Assembly: GCA_964594835.1 (NCBI GenBank)
Contig: CAZQNA010000005.1
Span: 21,319 to 85,318 of the forward strand
Source: an uncultured Nitrososphaerota archaeon
Lineage (GTDB): Archaea > Korarchaeota > Korarchaeia > Korarchaeales > Korarchaeaceae
Length of the DNA: 64,000 nt
Direction: 5' to 3'
Shown here: one piece after another, positions 10,149 through 20,197 of the stretch
How the letters are laid out: each line of letters starts with the position of its first letter
Position numbering within the stretch: the stretch's first letter is position 1
Notes under the pieces: generated by a model
The model's database searches: none
Told to the model about the DNA's origin: nothing
The model's input: only the letters and a program-made list of their open reading frames with translations
Translations under genes and position numbers: made by a program

Positions 10149-11120
10149 GTGTCCAGCATGCCCGTGTTGGAGGTCAGAAACCTGAAGGCATACTACCTGA
10201 CCAGCAGGGGCCCGGTCAAGGCCGTGGACAACGTCTCCTTCAACCTGGAGAGGGGGGAGTCGATGGGCCTGGCCGGGGAGTCCGGCTGCGGAAAGAGCAC
10301 CCTCGGCTTCGCCCTGATAAATCTCCTCCCGCCGCCGGGGAAGATCGTCGACGGGAGCATCAGGGTTGACGGGATAGAGGTCGTGGGAAAGCCGGATGAG
10401 GAGCTCAGGAGGGAGATACGCTGGAAGAAGATCTCGATGATATTCCAGGGGGCCATGAACGCCCTGAACCCGGTCCTCACGATAGGGGATCAGCTGGCTG
10501 AGCCCCTGATATACCACCAGGGGATCTCCAAGGAGGAGGCCATAGACCGGGTCAAGGAGCACCTCGAGCTGGTAGGCCTGGACCCCGACATCTACAGGAG
10601 GTACCCGCACGAGCTCAGCGGCGGCATGAAGCAGAGGGCGGTCATAGCAATGGCCCTCCTGGAACACCCCGACGTGATCATAGCGGACGAGCCGACCACG
10701 GCGCTGGATGTCATAGTGCAGGCCCAGATCCTCAACCTCCTCAAGTCTCTGAAGAAGAAGCTGAACCTGTCGATCATATTCATCTCCCACGACCTGGCCG
10801 TCATCTCGGAGATCGCGGACAGGCTGGCCATAATGTACGCCGGGGAGATAGTCGAGATAGGTCCCTCGGAGAGCCTGTACCTGAACCCGAGGCACCCCTA
10901 CACGCAGAAGCTGCTTGGAGCCATTCCGAGGCTCAAGAAGAAGGTTGAGAGGCTCGAGTTCATCCCGGGCGCCCCACCGAACCTAATCAGCCCACCCAAA
11001 GGCTGCAGGTTCCACCCGCGCTGCCCGTACAGGTTCGAGCCCTGCGACAGGGAGGAGCCCCCGCTCGTGGAGGTGGAGCCGGGCCACTACGTGCGGTGCC
11101 ACCTGTTCGCCAAGAGGTGA
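10149..11120 (+). CDS. dppD: Oligopeptide ABC ATPase (DppD/OppD)
   Basis: GESGCGKST, LSGGMKQR, IADEPTTALD, Cys-rich C-terminal domain. Confidence 0.95.
   Translation: MSSMPVLEVRNLKAYYLTSRGPVKAVDNVSFNLERGESMGLAGESGCGKSTLGFALINLLPPPGKIVDGSIRVDGIEVVGKPDEELRREIRWKKISMIFQGAMNALNPVLTIGDQLAEPLIYHQGISKEEAIDRVKEHLELVGLDPDIYRRYPHELSGGMKQRAVIAMALLEHPDVIIADEPTTALDVIVQAQILNLLKSLKKKLNLSIIFISHDLAVISEIADRLAIMYAGEIVEIGPSESLYLNPRHPYTQKLLGAIPRLKKKVERLEFIPGAPPNLISPPKGCRFHPRCPYRFEPCDREEPPLVEVEPGHYVRCHLFAKR
11001..11088 (+). repeat. 88-bp exact direct repeat, copy 1 (copy 2 at 12009-12096; diverged copy from ~3687)
   Basis: GGCTGCAGGTTCCACCCG...GAGCCGGGCCACT is identical at both positions. Confidence 0.9.
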
Positions 11121-11126
11121 TCGCCG

Positions 11127-12128
11127 ATGGCCGAGGTCGTGGTGAGGGTAGAGAACCTGAAGAAGTACTTCCCGCTCAGGAGATCCGTAGTCGAGTTCTT
11201 CAAGGGGCTCCCCCCGAGGAGCGTCAAGGCCGTGGACGACGTTTCCTTCGAGATACACAAGGGCGAGGTCTTCGCCCTCGCCGGAGAGTCCGGCTGCGGG
11301 AAGACGACCACAGGGAGGCTGATAGTGAAGCTCCTGGAGCCCACCTCCGGCAGGATCTACTTCAACGGGACAGACATCACGAGCCTGAGCAGGGAGGAGG
11401 AGAAGGAGTACAGGAGGAAGGTTCAGATAATATTCCAGGACCCGTACGGCTCGCTCAACCCGAGGTTCAGGGTCTACAACATACTCGAGGAGCCGCTCGT
11501 CCTGCAGGGGATAGGGGACACGAAGGCGGAGAGGGAGGAGCTGATAATAAGGGCCCTCGAGAGCGTGAGGATGGTCCCGCCGGAGGAGTTCCTCGGCAGG
11601 TTCCCCCACCAGCTCTCCGGCGGCCAGAGGCAGAGGGTCGCCATAGCCCGGGCGCTCATACTCAACCCGGAGTTCATCGTGGCCGACGAGCCGGTGTCGA
11701 TGCTCGACCTCTCCATAAGGGCCGAGATCCTGAACCTAATGGAGGACGTCAAGAGGAGGTTCGGCCTGACCTACCTGTACATCACGCACGACCTGTCCAC
11801 GGCCCGCTACTTCTCGGACAGGATCGCCATAATGTACCTCGGCAAGATAGTAGAGCTGGCGGACTCCGATACGATCGTCGAGAACCCGCTGCACCCCTAC
11901 ACCAAGGCTCTCATAGCGGCCGTCCCAGAGCCGGAGCCCAGCATGAAGGACGTAATCAAGGAGATCCCGATCAAGGGCGAGGTCCCGAGCGCAGCGAACA
12001 TCCCGCCCGGCTGCAGGTTCCACCCGCGCTGCCCGTACAGGTTCGAGCCCTGCGACAGGGAGGAGCCCCCGCTCGTGGAGGTGGAGCCGGGCCACTGGGT
12101 CGCGTGCCACCTCTACGCCAAGAGGTGA
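11127..12128 (+). CDS. dppF: Oligopeptide ABC ATPase (DppF/OppF)
   Basis: [27 protein letters not shown], Cys-rich C-terminal domain. Confidence 0.95.
   Translation: MAEVVVRVENLKKYFPLRRSVVEFFKGLPPRSVKAVDDVSFEIHKGEVFALAGESGCGKTTTGRLIVKLLEPTSGRIYFNGTDITSLSREEEKEYRRKVQIIFQDPYGSLNPRFRVYNILEEPLVLQGIGDTKAEREELIIRALESVRMVPPEEFLGRFPHQLSGGQRQRVAIARALILNPEFIVADEPVSMLDLSIRAEILNLMEDVKRRFGLTYLYITHDLSTARYFSDRIAIMYLGKIVELADSDTIVENPLHPYTKALIAAVPEPEPSMKDVIKEIPIKGEVPSAANIPPGCRFHPRCPYRFEPCDREEPPLVEVEPGHWVACHLYAKR
12009..12096 (+). repeat. 88-bp exact direct repeat, copy 2
   Basis: Identical to 11001-11088. Confidence 0.9.
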
Positions 12129-12410
12129 GTGGGGGGCTTGAGCGACCTCGCAGCCCCCTTTTCCTCCCCCCTCAGTCGGGCGCTCTCGGAACCGCCGCCC
12201 ATCGAGGCGCTGGCCCCAAAGGCCCTCAGACTCACCCTCCTGGGCCTCGTCTTCCTTTCAATCGCCCTCGCCCTGTCCTTTGCGATGGTGATGGACTGGA
12301 AGACCCCCGACCTGCCGAGCGTCATGCTGGCGTTCGTGGCCGCCATAGCCGGCACGGTATTGAGCTACCTCGGGCTGTACACCATGTTCGCGCGGCCCAG
12401 GCGCGCGTGA
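12129..12410 (+). CDS. Small hypothetical membrane protein (2 TM)
   Basis: GTG directly after the dppF stop with GAGGTGA RBS; two hydrophobic segments. Confidence 0.55.
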   Translation: MGGLSDLAAPFSSPLSRALSEPPPIEALAPKALRLTLLGLVFLSIALALSFAMVMDWKTPDLPSVMLAFVAAIAGTVLSYLGLYTMFARPRRA

Positions 12411-12427
12411 CGGGCCCCTCGTCGATA

Positions 12428-13246
12428 TCAGAGGGCTTCCTCCTTCTTCTCCCTGGCCCGAACTATCCTCTCCGTGACCTTTGATGGAAGCGCCACATCC
12501 TCGGCCCTCATCTCCGTCGGCCTCAGGACCACCAGGCCCTTCCCATCCTCCACGGTCACCTCGTACATCCTCAGGTCGTGGGCCGTCTGCCTCATCTTCT
12601 CCACCATGACGTACCTCCTGAGGAGGCCGCCCCTGACGAACCGGCGGAACCTGATGATCCCGTCTGCCACGTGCTCTATGCCCCAGCCGAAGGCCTCGGA
12701 GGTAGTGACGGCATACTGGCTGACCGCTAGGACCGTGAAGTCCCACCTGGAGAGGACCTTCTTCACGTAGTAGCTGTACTTCCTCGCCATGGCCGGCTTG
12801 TCGAGCCAGAAGGCGCTCATGCTGTCTATCACAAGCCTCCCCCGCCCGTAACCCAGGGTCTTCTTGGCCTTCAGAACGATCTCCACTAGGTCTTCAGGGT
12901 TGAGGGAGCGCAGGGACCACTGATCGCTCGCCCTGCCGAGCAGGGCGTCTATCACGACGGCCCTTCCCTCCTCCACGGCCCCCCTCAGGTCCATGCCGAA
13001 CTGCTCAGCTTGGCTGAGTATCGACTCCCTGCTCTCCTCCGTTGTGACGTACACGACCCTGTCTCCCTCCTTCACCCCCTCCCAGGCGAAGTGGAGGCAA
13101 AAGATCGTCTTCCCAGTTCCGGGCTCCCCGGTTACGGCCACCAAGAACCCCCTCGGGATCCCCCCGCGGAGCATCGCGTCGATGCCCGGCACGCCCGTCC
13201 GCAGCCTCTCTACGGCCACCGCGGCTCTAGCGCCGGTGACCATCAT
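12428..13246 (-). CDS. Single-domain KaiC-family (RecA-superfamily) ATPase, archaeal type
   Basis: 'RLRTGVPGID', Walker A GEPGTGKT, 'YVTTEES', 'VIDSMSAFWLDKPAMARKY', 'IEHVADGII', 'VEKMR'. Confidence 0.9.
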   Translation of the reverse strand: MMVTGARAAVAVERLRTGVPGIDAMLRGGIPRGFLVAVTGEPGTGKTIFCLHFAWEGVKEGDRVVYVTTEESRESILSQAEQFGMDLRGAVEEGRAVVIDALLGRASDQWSLRSLNPEDLVEIVLKAKKTLGYGRGRLVIDSMSAFWLDKPAMARKYSYYVKKVLSRWDFTVLAVSQYAVTTSEAFGWGIEHVADGIIRFRRFVRGGLLRRYVMVEKMRQTAHDLRMYEVTVEDGKGLVVLRPTEMRAEDVALPSKVTERIVRAREKKEEAL

Positions 13247-13288
13247 AAAGGGCGCGCTTTATTGTTTCGCGCCCGCCGGTCTCTGAGA

Positions 13289-13726
13289 ATGAGGAGGCTC
13301 AGTCTCGAGGAGGCCGGGAGGTTTCACGGCCACCTGGGGCCGTACCTGGCCCTCGGATACCTCGCGGGCGAGATGGCCGTCGAGGAACTCGAGCCCCAGT
13401 CGGAGTTGGACCTGTTCGCCTCCGTTAGGCTCCCCCTGAAGAGGCCAGAGACGTGCTTCGTGGACGGGGTCCAGTGCTCGACCCGCTGCACGCTCGGCAA
13501 GCTCAACATAGAGGTGATCGAATTGCAGACCGGGATCTCCGCGAGGTTCCTGAACGTCAAGACCGGTCGGGAGCTGGAGGTGAGGGTGAGGGGAGAGGTT
13601 CTCCAGGCCCTCGGGTCCATGGAGGGACGGCTGGAGGATGCGGTGAAATGGCTCCTCTCCCGCCCTCGGGAGGCGATCTTCCAGGCGTCCGTCCGCGATG
13701 CGGGGGGAGGAACCGGGCCGGGCTAG
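13289..13726 (+). CDS. FmdE-family (formylmethanofuran dehydrogenase subunit E-like) protein
   Basis: 'FHGHLGPYLALG', 'TCFVDGVQCSTRCTLGK'; ATG at 13289. Confidence 0.85.
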   Translation: MRRLSLEEAGRFHGHLGPYLALGYLAGEMAVEELEPQSELDLFASVRLPLKRPETCFVDGVQCSTRCTLGKLNIEVIELQTGISARFLNVKTGRELEVRVRGEVLQALGSMEGRLEDAVKWLLSRPREAIFQASVRDAGGGTGPG

Positions 13727-14271
13727 ACCCGGTCTGCCCCGGACGAGAGGCGGTCTATGGTCAGGAGGATCCCCAGCGCGGTCTTCAGGTCCCTGATCTC
13801 ACCGTCGAGGACCATCCTGACGGCCTCATCGAGGGGGATCCTGACGACCTGGATGAACTCGTCCTCCTCCACCTCCTGCTTCGACTCCCCCAGCTCGGTC
13901 GCCAGGAATATGGCCAGCCTCTCGCTCCCGTACCCCGGCACCGGGTATCCCTCGAAGAGCTTGGTCAACCTTCCCGCCACGAGCCCGGTCTCCTCCCGCA
14001 GCTCCCTGAGGGCGCACTCCTCAAGGCTCTCTCCACCCTCCCGGGTTCCGGCCGGGATCTCCAGCAGCTCCTCACCGACGGCGTACCTCCACTGCCTTAC
14101 CAGGTACACGGAGTCTCCCCGAACTGGGACCACGGCGGCCGCCCCCGGGTGCTCGACGAGGGGCCTCTCCCGCCGACCTCGCCGGGTATCGATCAGGACC
14201 CTCCTGACCCGGATGGGCCACATGGAGAAGTCCGCCGGGGGGCTGGCCGTCCCCGACCCTGGGTCTGTCAT
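13723..14271 (-). CDS. NUDIX hydrolase (ADP-ribose pyrophosphatase-like)
   Basis: Nudix box 'PAGTREGGESLEECALRELREETG', 'HPGAAAVVP', 'VRQWRY'. Confidence 0.92.
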   Translation of the reverse strand: MTDPGSGTASPPADFSMWPIRVRRVLIDTRRGRRERPLVEHPGAAAVVPVRGDSVYLVRQWRYAVGEELLEIPAGTREGGESLEECALRELREETGLVAGRLTKLFEGYPVPGYGSERLAIFLATELGESKQEVEEDEFIQVVRIPLDEAVRMVLDGEIRDLKTALGILLTIDRLSSGADRV

Positions 14272-15641
14272 CTCGACATGACCCCCCTCACGATCCTCAG
14301 GGCCTCCCTGAGCATCTCCTCCGCCTCCTCGGCCCCCTTGGCCTCAGCCGTCACCCTGATCAGGGGCTGAGTGTTTGACGCCCTTATCAGGACCCACGAG
14401 TCTCCGAACCACGCCTTCACCCCGTCGAGCCAGCTCAACCTGTCGGCCCTGCCGGCGAGCTCCGCCGCCGCTGCCTCCACTACCTCGGCCTTCCTCTCGT
14501 CAGGGCAATCGACCGCCGCCGAGACCATGCTGTAGGACGGGAGGGAATCCACCAGCCTCGAGAGGGGCCCTACCCTGTCAACGACCTCGGCCATCCTCAG
14601 GGCGGCGAACGTGGCGTCGTCCATGCAGCCGAGCTCCGGAAAGTACAGGTGACCGCTCCTCTCTCCCCCTAGCACCGCGCCAACCTCCTCCATCTTGGCC
14701 TTCACGAAGGCGCTGCCGACCCTGACCTCCACGGGGATGCCGCCCAGCCTCGACACGACCTCCCTGACGACCGAAGACGAGGAGACGTCGAAGACGACGG
14801 CCCCGCCCGGGTGGTCCCCCAGGTAGAGCATGCTGAGGATAGCCAGCGCCTGATCCCCGGTCAGGATCCTGCCCGCGTCGTCCACGTACGCCGACCTGTC
14901 ACCATCCCCGTCGAACGCCACGCCGAAGTCGAACCCCCCCTCGACGACCTCCTCGACCAGCTGGCCGAGGTGCTCGGGAAGTGGCTCAGGCGGGTGCGAC
15001 GGGAACCTCCCGTCGATCTCCCCGTTGAGCGTCTTCACCGCGCAACCGACGGCCCTCAGCGCCTCCGGAGCCGTGAGGGAGGCAACGCCGTTGGACGCGT
15101 CGACGACCACGGACCTCCTCCGATCCAGGGAAGCAAGCCCCGTCACCTCGGCCAGGTAATCCTCCAAGACATCGACCTCCCTCCTCGCGCCAGCCCCCCG
15201 AGATCCAGGCTGGGTCCACCCGGCGCCGAGAGCTAGCTCCTCGATGCGCTCGAGTCCGAAGCCACGAGATATGGGCCTCGCGCCCGGCCCCACCAGCTTG
15301 AACCCGTTCCACTCGGGTGGGTTGTGGCTCGCGGTCACCATGACCCCGCCCCGCGCGTCCAGCCGCCTTACGGCCCAGTAGAGGACCGGCGTCGGCGTCA
15401 GTCCAGCGTCGAGGACGTCCAGGCCCGAGTCCAGCAGGCCCCTCACGACCTCCGCCGACAGGGAGGGGGAGGAGAGCCTCCCGTCCCGGGCGACGACCAC
15501 GTCTCCCGACCCCAGGTATCCCCCCAGGGCGAGCCCCAGCCTGTAGGCCCCGCCCTCGTCGAGGTCCCTCCCGTAGACCCCCCTGACGTCGTACTCGCGG
15601 AAGCAGGTCCTCGAGAGGAGCCCCCCGGCCTCACCTCCCAT
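14268..15641 (-). CDS. Phosphomannomutase/phosphoglucomutase
   Basis: 'FREYDVRG', catalytic 'TASHNP', metal loop 'DGDGDR', 'GERSGH', 'RASNTQP'. Confidence 0.93.
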   Translation of the reverse strand: MGGEAGGLLSRTCFREYDVRGVYGRDLDEGGAYRLGLALGGYLGSGDVVVARDGRLSSPSLSAEVVRGLLDSGLDVLDAGLTPTPVLYWAVRRLDARGGVMVTASHNPPEWNGFKLVGPGARPISRGFGLERIEELALGAGWTQPGSRGAGARREVDVLEDYLAEVTGLASLDRRRSVVVDASNGVASLTAPEALRAVGCAVKTLNGEIDGRFPSHPPEPLPEHLGQLVEEVVEGGFDFGVAFDGDGDRSAYVDDAGRILTGDQALAILSMLYLGDHPGGAVVFDVSSSSVVREVVSRLGGIPVEVRVGSAFVKAKMEEVGAVLGGERSGHLYFPELGCMDDATFAALRMAEVVDRVGPLSRLVDSLPSYSMVSAAVDCPDERKAEVVEAAAAELAGRADRLSWLDGVKAWFGDSWVLIRASNTQPLIRVTAEAKGAEEAEEMLREALRIVRGVMSR

Positions 15642-16404
15642 ACCGCCTCTGCCTCCTCTGGAAGTCCCTGATGGCCCTCAGGAAGTCGACCTTCCTAAGC
15701 GCGGGGAGGTAGGCCTCCATGAAGTAGAGCTCGGAGTAGGCGGAGTGCCAGAGGAGGAAGTTGCTGATCCTCTCCTCGCCCGAGGTCCTGATGATCAGGT
15801 CGGGGTCCGGGATGTCAGGGAGGTAGAGGAACCTCTTGAACGTCTCCTCGTCGATTTCGTCGGGGTTCAGCCGGCCCTCCCTGGCCCTCCTCGCTATCTC
15901 CCTCACGGCGTCGATGATCTCCGCCCTGCCCCCGTAGGCCAGGGCCACGTTGACGGTCCTCTCTCCAAAGTCCCTCGTGGCCTCCTCCAGTCTCTCGGCG
16001 GCCTCGCGGAGTTCTCGGGGGAGGAGGTCCAGCCTGCCGATGAACCTGACCCTGACCCCCCTCCTCCTGAGGTCTTCCAGCTCCCTCGAGAGCCTCTCTA
16101 TCTCGTCTCCGATCACCCCGAGGATGGCCCTGACCTGCTCCGGAGGCCTCGAGAAGTTCTCCGTGGAGAACGCGAAGAGGGTGACGTGCTTGACCCCCAC
16201 CTCGTCGCACCACTCCAGTATCTCCCTAACCTTGGCCGCCCCGAGCCTGTACCCGTCCTCCACCCTTAGCCCGGCCGCCCTGGCGAACCTCCGGTTTCCG
16301 TCCAGGATTATCCCTATGTGCTCAGGGACGGAGCCCTCCCTGACCTTCCGGGAGAGGTACCTCTCGTAAACTGGTATCTGGACCCTTCCCAGCAGGGAGT
16401 ACAC
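15631..16404 (-). CDS. uppS: cis-polyprenyl diphosphate synthase (UppS family)
   Basis: 'HIGIILDGNRR', 'FSTENFSR', 'YGGRAEI', 'DLIIRTSGEERISNFLLW'. Confidence 0.95.
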   Translation of the reverse strand: MYSLLGRVQIPVYERYLSRKVREGSVPEHIGIILDGNRRFARAAGLRVEDGYRLGAAKVREILEWCDEVGVKHVTLFAFSTENFSRPPEQVRAILGVIGDEIERLSRELEDLRRRGVRVRFIGRLDLLPRELREAAERLEEATRDFGERTVNVALAYGGRAEIIDAVREIARRAREGRLNPDEIDEETFKRFLYLPDIPDPDLIIRTSGEERISNFLLWHSAYSELYFMEAYLPALRKVDFLRAIRDFQRRQRRYGR

Positions 16405-16472
16405 CAGGTCGCCCAGCCTGACCGCCAGCGACCTCTCCCTGCCAGCCGCCGTGGGGCCTCACCCCCGATGGC

Positions 16473-17405
16473 CTACAGCCTCCCAAGCACCTCCTCGAGC
16501 TGCTCTCCAGGTACCTCAAACTCCACCATGGTCACGCCGTCCCCAGAGTACGATCCGGAGGAGGTCAGGTTGACGCCTTGAAGCGAGGTCAGGTTCGACG
16601 CGGCGAGCCTGAGAGCGTCGGGATCCAGCTCGGACATGCCCTCGGCCACCGCCGACACGCGCAGGAAGAACCTGTCTCCGCCCTCCTCCACTCCCAGGGC
16701 TATTACGACCTTCCTGGCCCCGAGCCTCAGGGAGGATCCGCTCCCCACCACGACCTTCAGGGTCCTGAGGCCGGACGAGGCCAGCGCGAAGGCCTTCTTG
16801 ACCCCCTCGTCTCCGAACATCCTCTCGTCCTCGGGCAGCGCCAGGAGAGACTCTAGGGCCGCCTTCGCCCTCTTGGGCTGGCCCCACACCAAGATCATCA
16901 GCTCATCCCTGAACGCGGCGAGAGAGGCGTAATCCCTGTCCCTCCTGCCGTCGGGTGTCCGGCCAACCGCGAAGAAGACCGTGAAGCCCGAGTCCCTGTA
17001 CCTAAGCGTGCCGCTCACAGCCATCGCCTTGTAGAGGCGGACGGCGCTCCGGTTCTCGAGGATGTAGACGGCCGCCCTGGTCGGGATTGGAGAGTCGCAG
17101 TCCGCGAGGCAGCCGTCAGGTGGCAGGACGAGTACCCTCACGTCTTTCGGTGAGAGCGAGGCGCTCCTGACCCCCAGCAGTTGGATGGTGGATCCTCCGA
17201 GGTGCTCGGCGAGCCTGGGCACTTCGGCCCACTCCCCGAGGCAGAGAGCGGTGGTCGGGTCCCAGCTGGTCGGCACGACGTCCATCCAGGGTTGTGGCTT
17301 GAACTCGAACTCCACGGTCCGCCCGCGCCTGAGCCTGGGGTAGATCAGCGCTGCGGAGGCGACGGCAACCGCGATCAGGGCCAGGGCCGCGACTCTCCTC
17401 GGCAT
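16473..17405 (-). CDS. Hypothetical protein with N-terminal TM anchor
   Basis: MPRR then hydrophobic stretch; TATA-like TTAAAT upstream; no recognisable motif. Confidence 0.6.
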   Translation of the reverse strand: MPRRVAALALIAVAVASAALIYPRLRRGRTVEFEFKPQPWMDVVPTSWDPTTALCLGEWAEVPRLAEHLGGSTIQLLGVRSASLSPKDVRVLVLPPDGCLADCDSPIPTRAAVYILENRSAVRLYKAMAVSGTLRYRDSGFTVFFAVGRTPDGRRDRDYASLAAFRDELMILVWGQPKRAKAALESLLALPEDERMFGDEGVKKAFALASSGLRTLKVVVGSGSSLRLGARKVVIALGVEEGGDRFFLRVSAVAEGMSELDPDALRLAASNLTSLQGVNLTSSGSYSGDGVTMVEFEVPGEQLEEVLGRL

Positions 17406-17527
17406 GCTCAGGCGAGAGCCGCCTCGGGGATTATTTAAGGAAGATTTTGCGTTCTCCGTGCGCCGCTTTGGGGTCATTCTTTTCGTTCAAAGTATTTATC
17501 CCGGGCACGCGAGGTCCCCCGAGAAGC

Positions 17528-20188
17528 ATGGGACGCCCCTGGCACGCCATGGCGGTCGAGGAGGTACTGCGGGAACTGAAGACCTCGAGGGTGGGCTTGT
17601 CCTCCGAGGAGGCCAGGAGGAGGCTTGAGGAGTTCGGCCCCAACGAGCTCGAGGAGGCGAGGAGGCGAGGACCACTCGGGGTCTTCGTTGATCAGTTCAA
17701 GAGCGTCCTGGTGGCCCTCCTGATCTTTGCGGCGGCCTTCAGCCTCCTGATTCGGGAGCATGTCGACGCCGCCGCCATAACGGCGATACTGGTGGTGAAC
17801 GCGGTCCTGGGGACCGTCCAGGAGTACCGCGCCGAGCGGGCCCTCGAGGCCCTGAAGAGGCTCGCGGCGCCCAAGGCGACGGTCATCAGGGACGGGGTTC
17901 GAGTTAAGGTCTCCTCCCGGGAGGTCGTCCCTGGAGACATCATAGTCCTCCACGCCGGGGACAGGGTTCCGGCGGACGCGAGGCTACTGGAGAGCTTCAA
18001 CCTGAGGGTCGACGAGTCAGTACTCACCGGAGAATCGGTCCCGGTCGAGAAGCTCGCTGACATCGCGCTGGATGAGGAGACGCCCCTTCCGGAGAGGAGG
18101 AACATGGTCTACTCTTCGACGGTGATCTCCTACGGTCGGGGAACGGCCGTCGTAGTCGGGACGGGGATGAGCACGGAGATCGGGAGGATAGCGGCCCTGG
18201 TCCAGGTGGAGGAGAAGGAGGAGACTCCCCTCCAGAGGAGGCTAGACAGCTTTGGAAAGAAGCTCGGGGTGTTCATACTCCTCCTGACGGCCCTCGTCAC
18301 GTTTGAGGGGATATACGAGCTTGGGGGACTTCAGAGCCTCTCCGTACTGGAGGAGGTTGTGCTGACCGGGATAAGCCTGGCGGTCTCGGCCGTACCGGAG
18401 GGCCTCCCCGCGGTGGTGACGGTAGCCCTGGCCATTGGCGTCCAGAGGATGGCCTCGAGGAACGCCATAGTCAGGAGGCTGGCCGCCGTGGAGACCCTGG
18501 GGAGCGCCACGGTCATCGCGACCGACAAGACGGGGACGATAACGATGAACGAGATGACCGTCAGGGAGGTCTGGGCTGCGGGCAGGTTGATGGAGGCGGG
18601 CGCGCTGGCCCCGGACGGCGAGTCCTCCACGGTGAACCTATCCTCCCCAGTCGACGCGCTGGTGAAGGGAGCCGTGCTCTGCAGCGACGCCGACCTGGAG
18701 GAGAGGGGAGGCGAGGTCATCCGGGTGGGGGATCCCACCGAGCTGGCCCTGCTCTCGCTCGCCCTCGAGTCCGGAATCGACCACAGGGAGCTCAAGAGAT
18801 CCCATCCGAGGATAGCGGAGGTTCCGTTCGACTCGGCCAGGAAGAGGATGACGACCTTCCACCTGATGGGGGACGAGGTTATCGCCTTCATGAAGGGGGC
18901 GCCTGAGGTCGTCCTCTCTCTCTGCGACCAGGTCCTCTGGGAGGGGGGAGAGCTGGTCGAGCTGGACGACGCCCTGAGGTCCGAGGTAGCGAGGGTCACG
19001 AGGGAGATGGCGGCGAGGGCCCTCAGGGTCCTGGCGGTCGCCTACAAGAGGGTTCCGGGCGGCGAGGAGCTGGGGCCTCAGCAGGAGTCCGGGATGGTCC
19101 TCGTGGGGCTCGTGGGGATGATGGACCCACCGAGGCCGGAGGTCCCGGGGGCCGTGGAGAGGGCCAGGAGGGCCGGCATAAGGATAGTCATGGTGACCGG
19201 CGACCACGCCCTCACGGCCTCGGCTGTCGCCAGGGAGGTGGGGATGGACGACTCTGGGAGGGTCGTCACCGGATGGGAGCTCGACTCCATGACGGACGAG
19301 GAGCTCAGGGAGATTGTCGGGGAGGTCTCGGTTTTCGCCAGGGTTAGTCCCGAGCACAAGCTCAGGATTCTGAAGGCACTGAAGGAAGGCGGAAACATCG
19401 TGGCCATGACGGGGGACGGCGTGAACGACGCCCCCGCCGTCAAGAGGGCGGACATAGGGGTGGCCATGGGGATAAGGGGGTCTGACGTGACGAGGGAGGC
19501 CGCGGACATGGTCCTCACGGACGACAACTTTGCGACGATCGTCAACGCGATTGAGGAGGGCAGGAGGATCTACGAGAACATAAGGAAGTTCATCAGGCTC
19601 CTGCTCTCGGCCAACTGGGACGAGATAATGGTAGTCTCGGCGGCCGCCCTCCTGGACCTGCCCCTCCCGTTCCTCCCCCTCCAGATCCTCTGGCTCAACC
19701 TGCTGACCGACGGCCTCCCGGCCATGGCCCTCGGCCTGGACCCGCCGGATGAGGACGTGATGGAGAGGCCGCCGAGGAATCCAAACGAGGAGATCTATCA
19801 CGGGATGCTCTGGTACATAGTGGTGGCCGCGATCGTTGCGGCCTTCGCCTCCCTCGTCCCCTTCTGGCTGGAGCTCAGGGTCACGGGGGACGTCGCCCGG
19901 GCGAGGACCCTCGCGTTCACCATAGCCGTGACCTTCGAGCTGCTCCTGGCCCTGAACTGCAGGTCACCGAGGAGGTACGTGTACTCCTCCTGGTCGGCCC
20001 TCACGGCAAACAAGGCCCTTCTGCTCGCGGTCGCGACATCCTTCCTCCTCCAGCTCGCCGTGATATACGTGCCTCCGCTTCGCCTGATCTTCAAGACGGC
20101 CCCCCTCAACCTGCGCGACTGGGGACTCGTGCTGGTCGGCGCCTCCGGTGGGGCCCTGCTGTACCCGGGCCTTCTGGAGAGGGAGTGA
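17528..20188 (+). CDS. Cation-transporting P-type ATPase (P2A/Ca2+-type)
   Basis: TGES, PEGL, DKTGTIT phosphorylation site, KGAPE, TGD, GDGVND, 'QILWLNLLTDGLPA'. Confidence 0.95.
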   Translation: MGRPWHAMAVEEVLRELKTSRVGLSSEEARRRLEEFGPNELEEARRRGPLGVFVDQFKSVLVALLIFAAAFSLLIREHVDAAAITAILVVNAVLGTVQEYRAERALEALKRLAAPKATVIRDGVRVKVSSREVVPGDIIVLHAGDRVPADARLLESFNLRVDESVLTGESVPVEKLADIALDEETPLPERRNMVYSSTVISYGRGTAVVVGTGMSTEIGRIAALVQVEEKEETPLQRRLDSFGKKLGVFILLLTALVTFEGIYELGGLQSLSVLEEVVLTGISLAVSAVPEGLPAVVTVALAIGVQRMASRNAIVRRLAAVETLGSATVIATDKTGTITMNEMTVREVWAAGRLMEAGALAPDGESSTVNLSSPVDALVKGAVLCSDADLEERGGEVIRVGDPTELALLSLALESGIDHRELKRSHPRIAEVPFDSARKRMTTFHLMGDEVIAFMKGAPEVVLSLCDQVLWEGGELVELDDALRSEVARVTREMAARALRVLAVAYKRVPGGEELGPQQESGMVLVGLVGMMDPPRPEVPGAVERARRAGIRIVMVTGDHALTASAVAREVGMDDSGRVVTGWELDSMTDEELREIVGEVSVFARVSPEHKLRILKALKEGGNIVAMTGDGVNDAPAVKRADIGVAMGIRGSDVTREAADMVLTDDNFATIVNAIEEGRRIYENIRKFIRLLLSANWDEIMVVSAAALLDLPLPFLPLQILWLNLLTDGLPAMALGLDPPDEDVMERPPRNPNEEIYHGMLWYIVVAAIVAAFASLVPFWLELRVTGDVARARTLAFTIAVTFELLLALNCRSPRRYVYSSWSALTANKALLLAVATSFLLQLAVIYVPPLRLIFKTAPLNLRDWGLVLVGASGGALLYPGLLERE

Positions 20189-20197
20189 CCGCGGGAC

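Noticed and set aside
12428-13246. Circadian clock locus
   Set aside because: Single-domain archaeal KaiC-like ATPase; no KaiA or KaiB nearby
13289-13726. Evidence for methanogenesis from FmdE
   Set aside because: Stand-alone FmdE-like proteins are widespread and no other fmd/fwd genes are present
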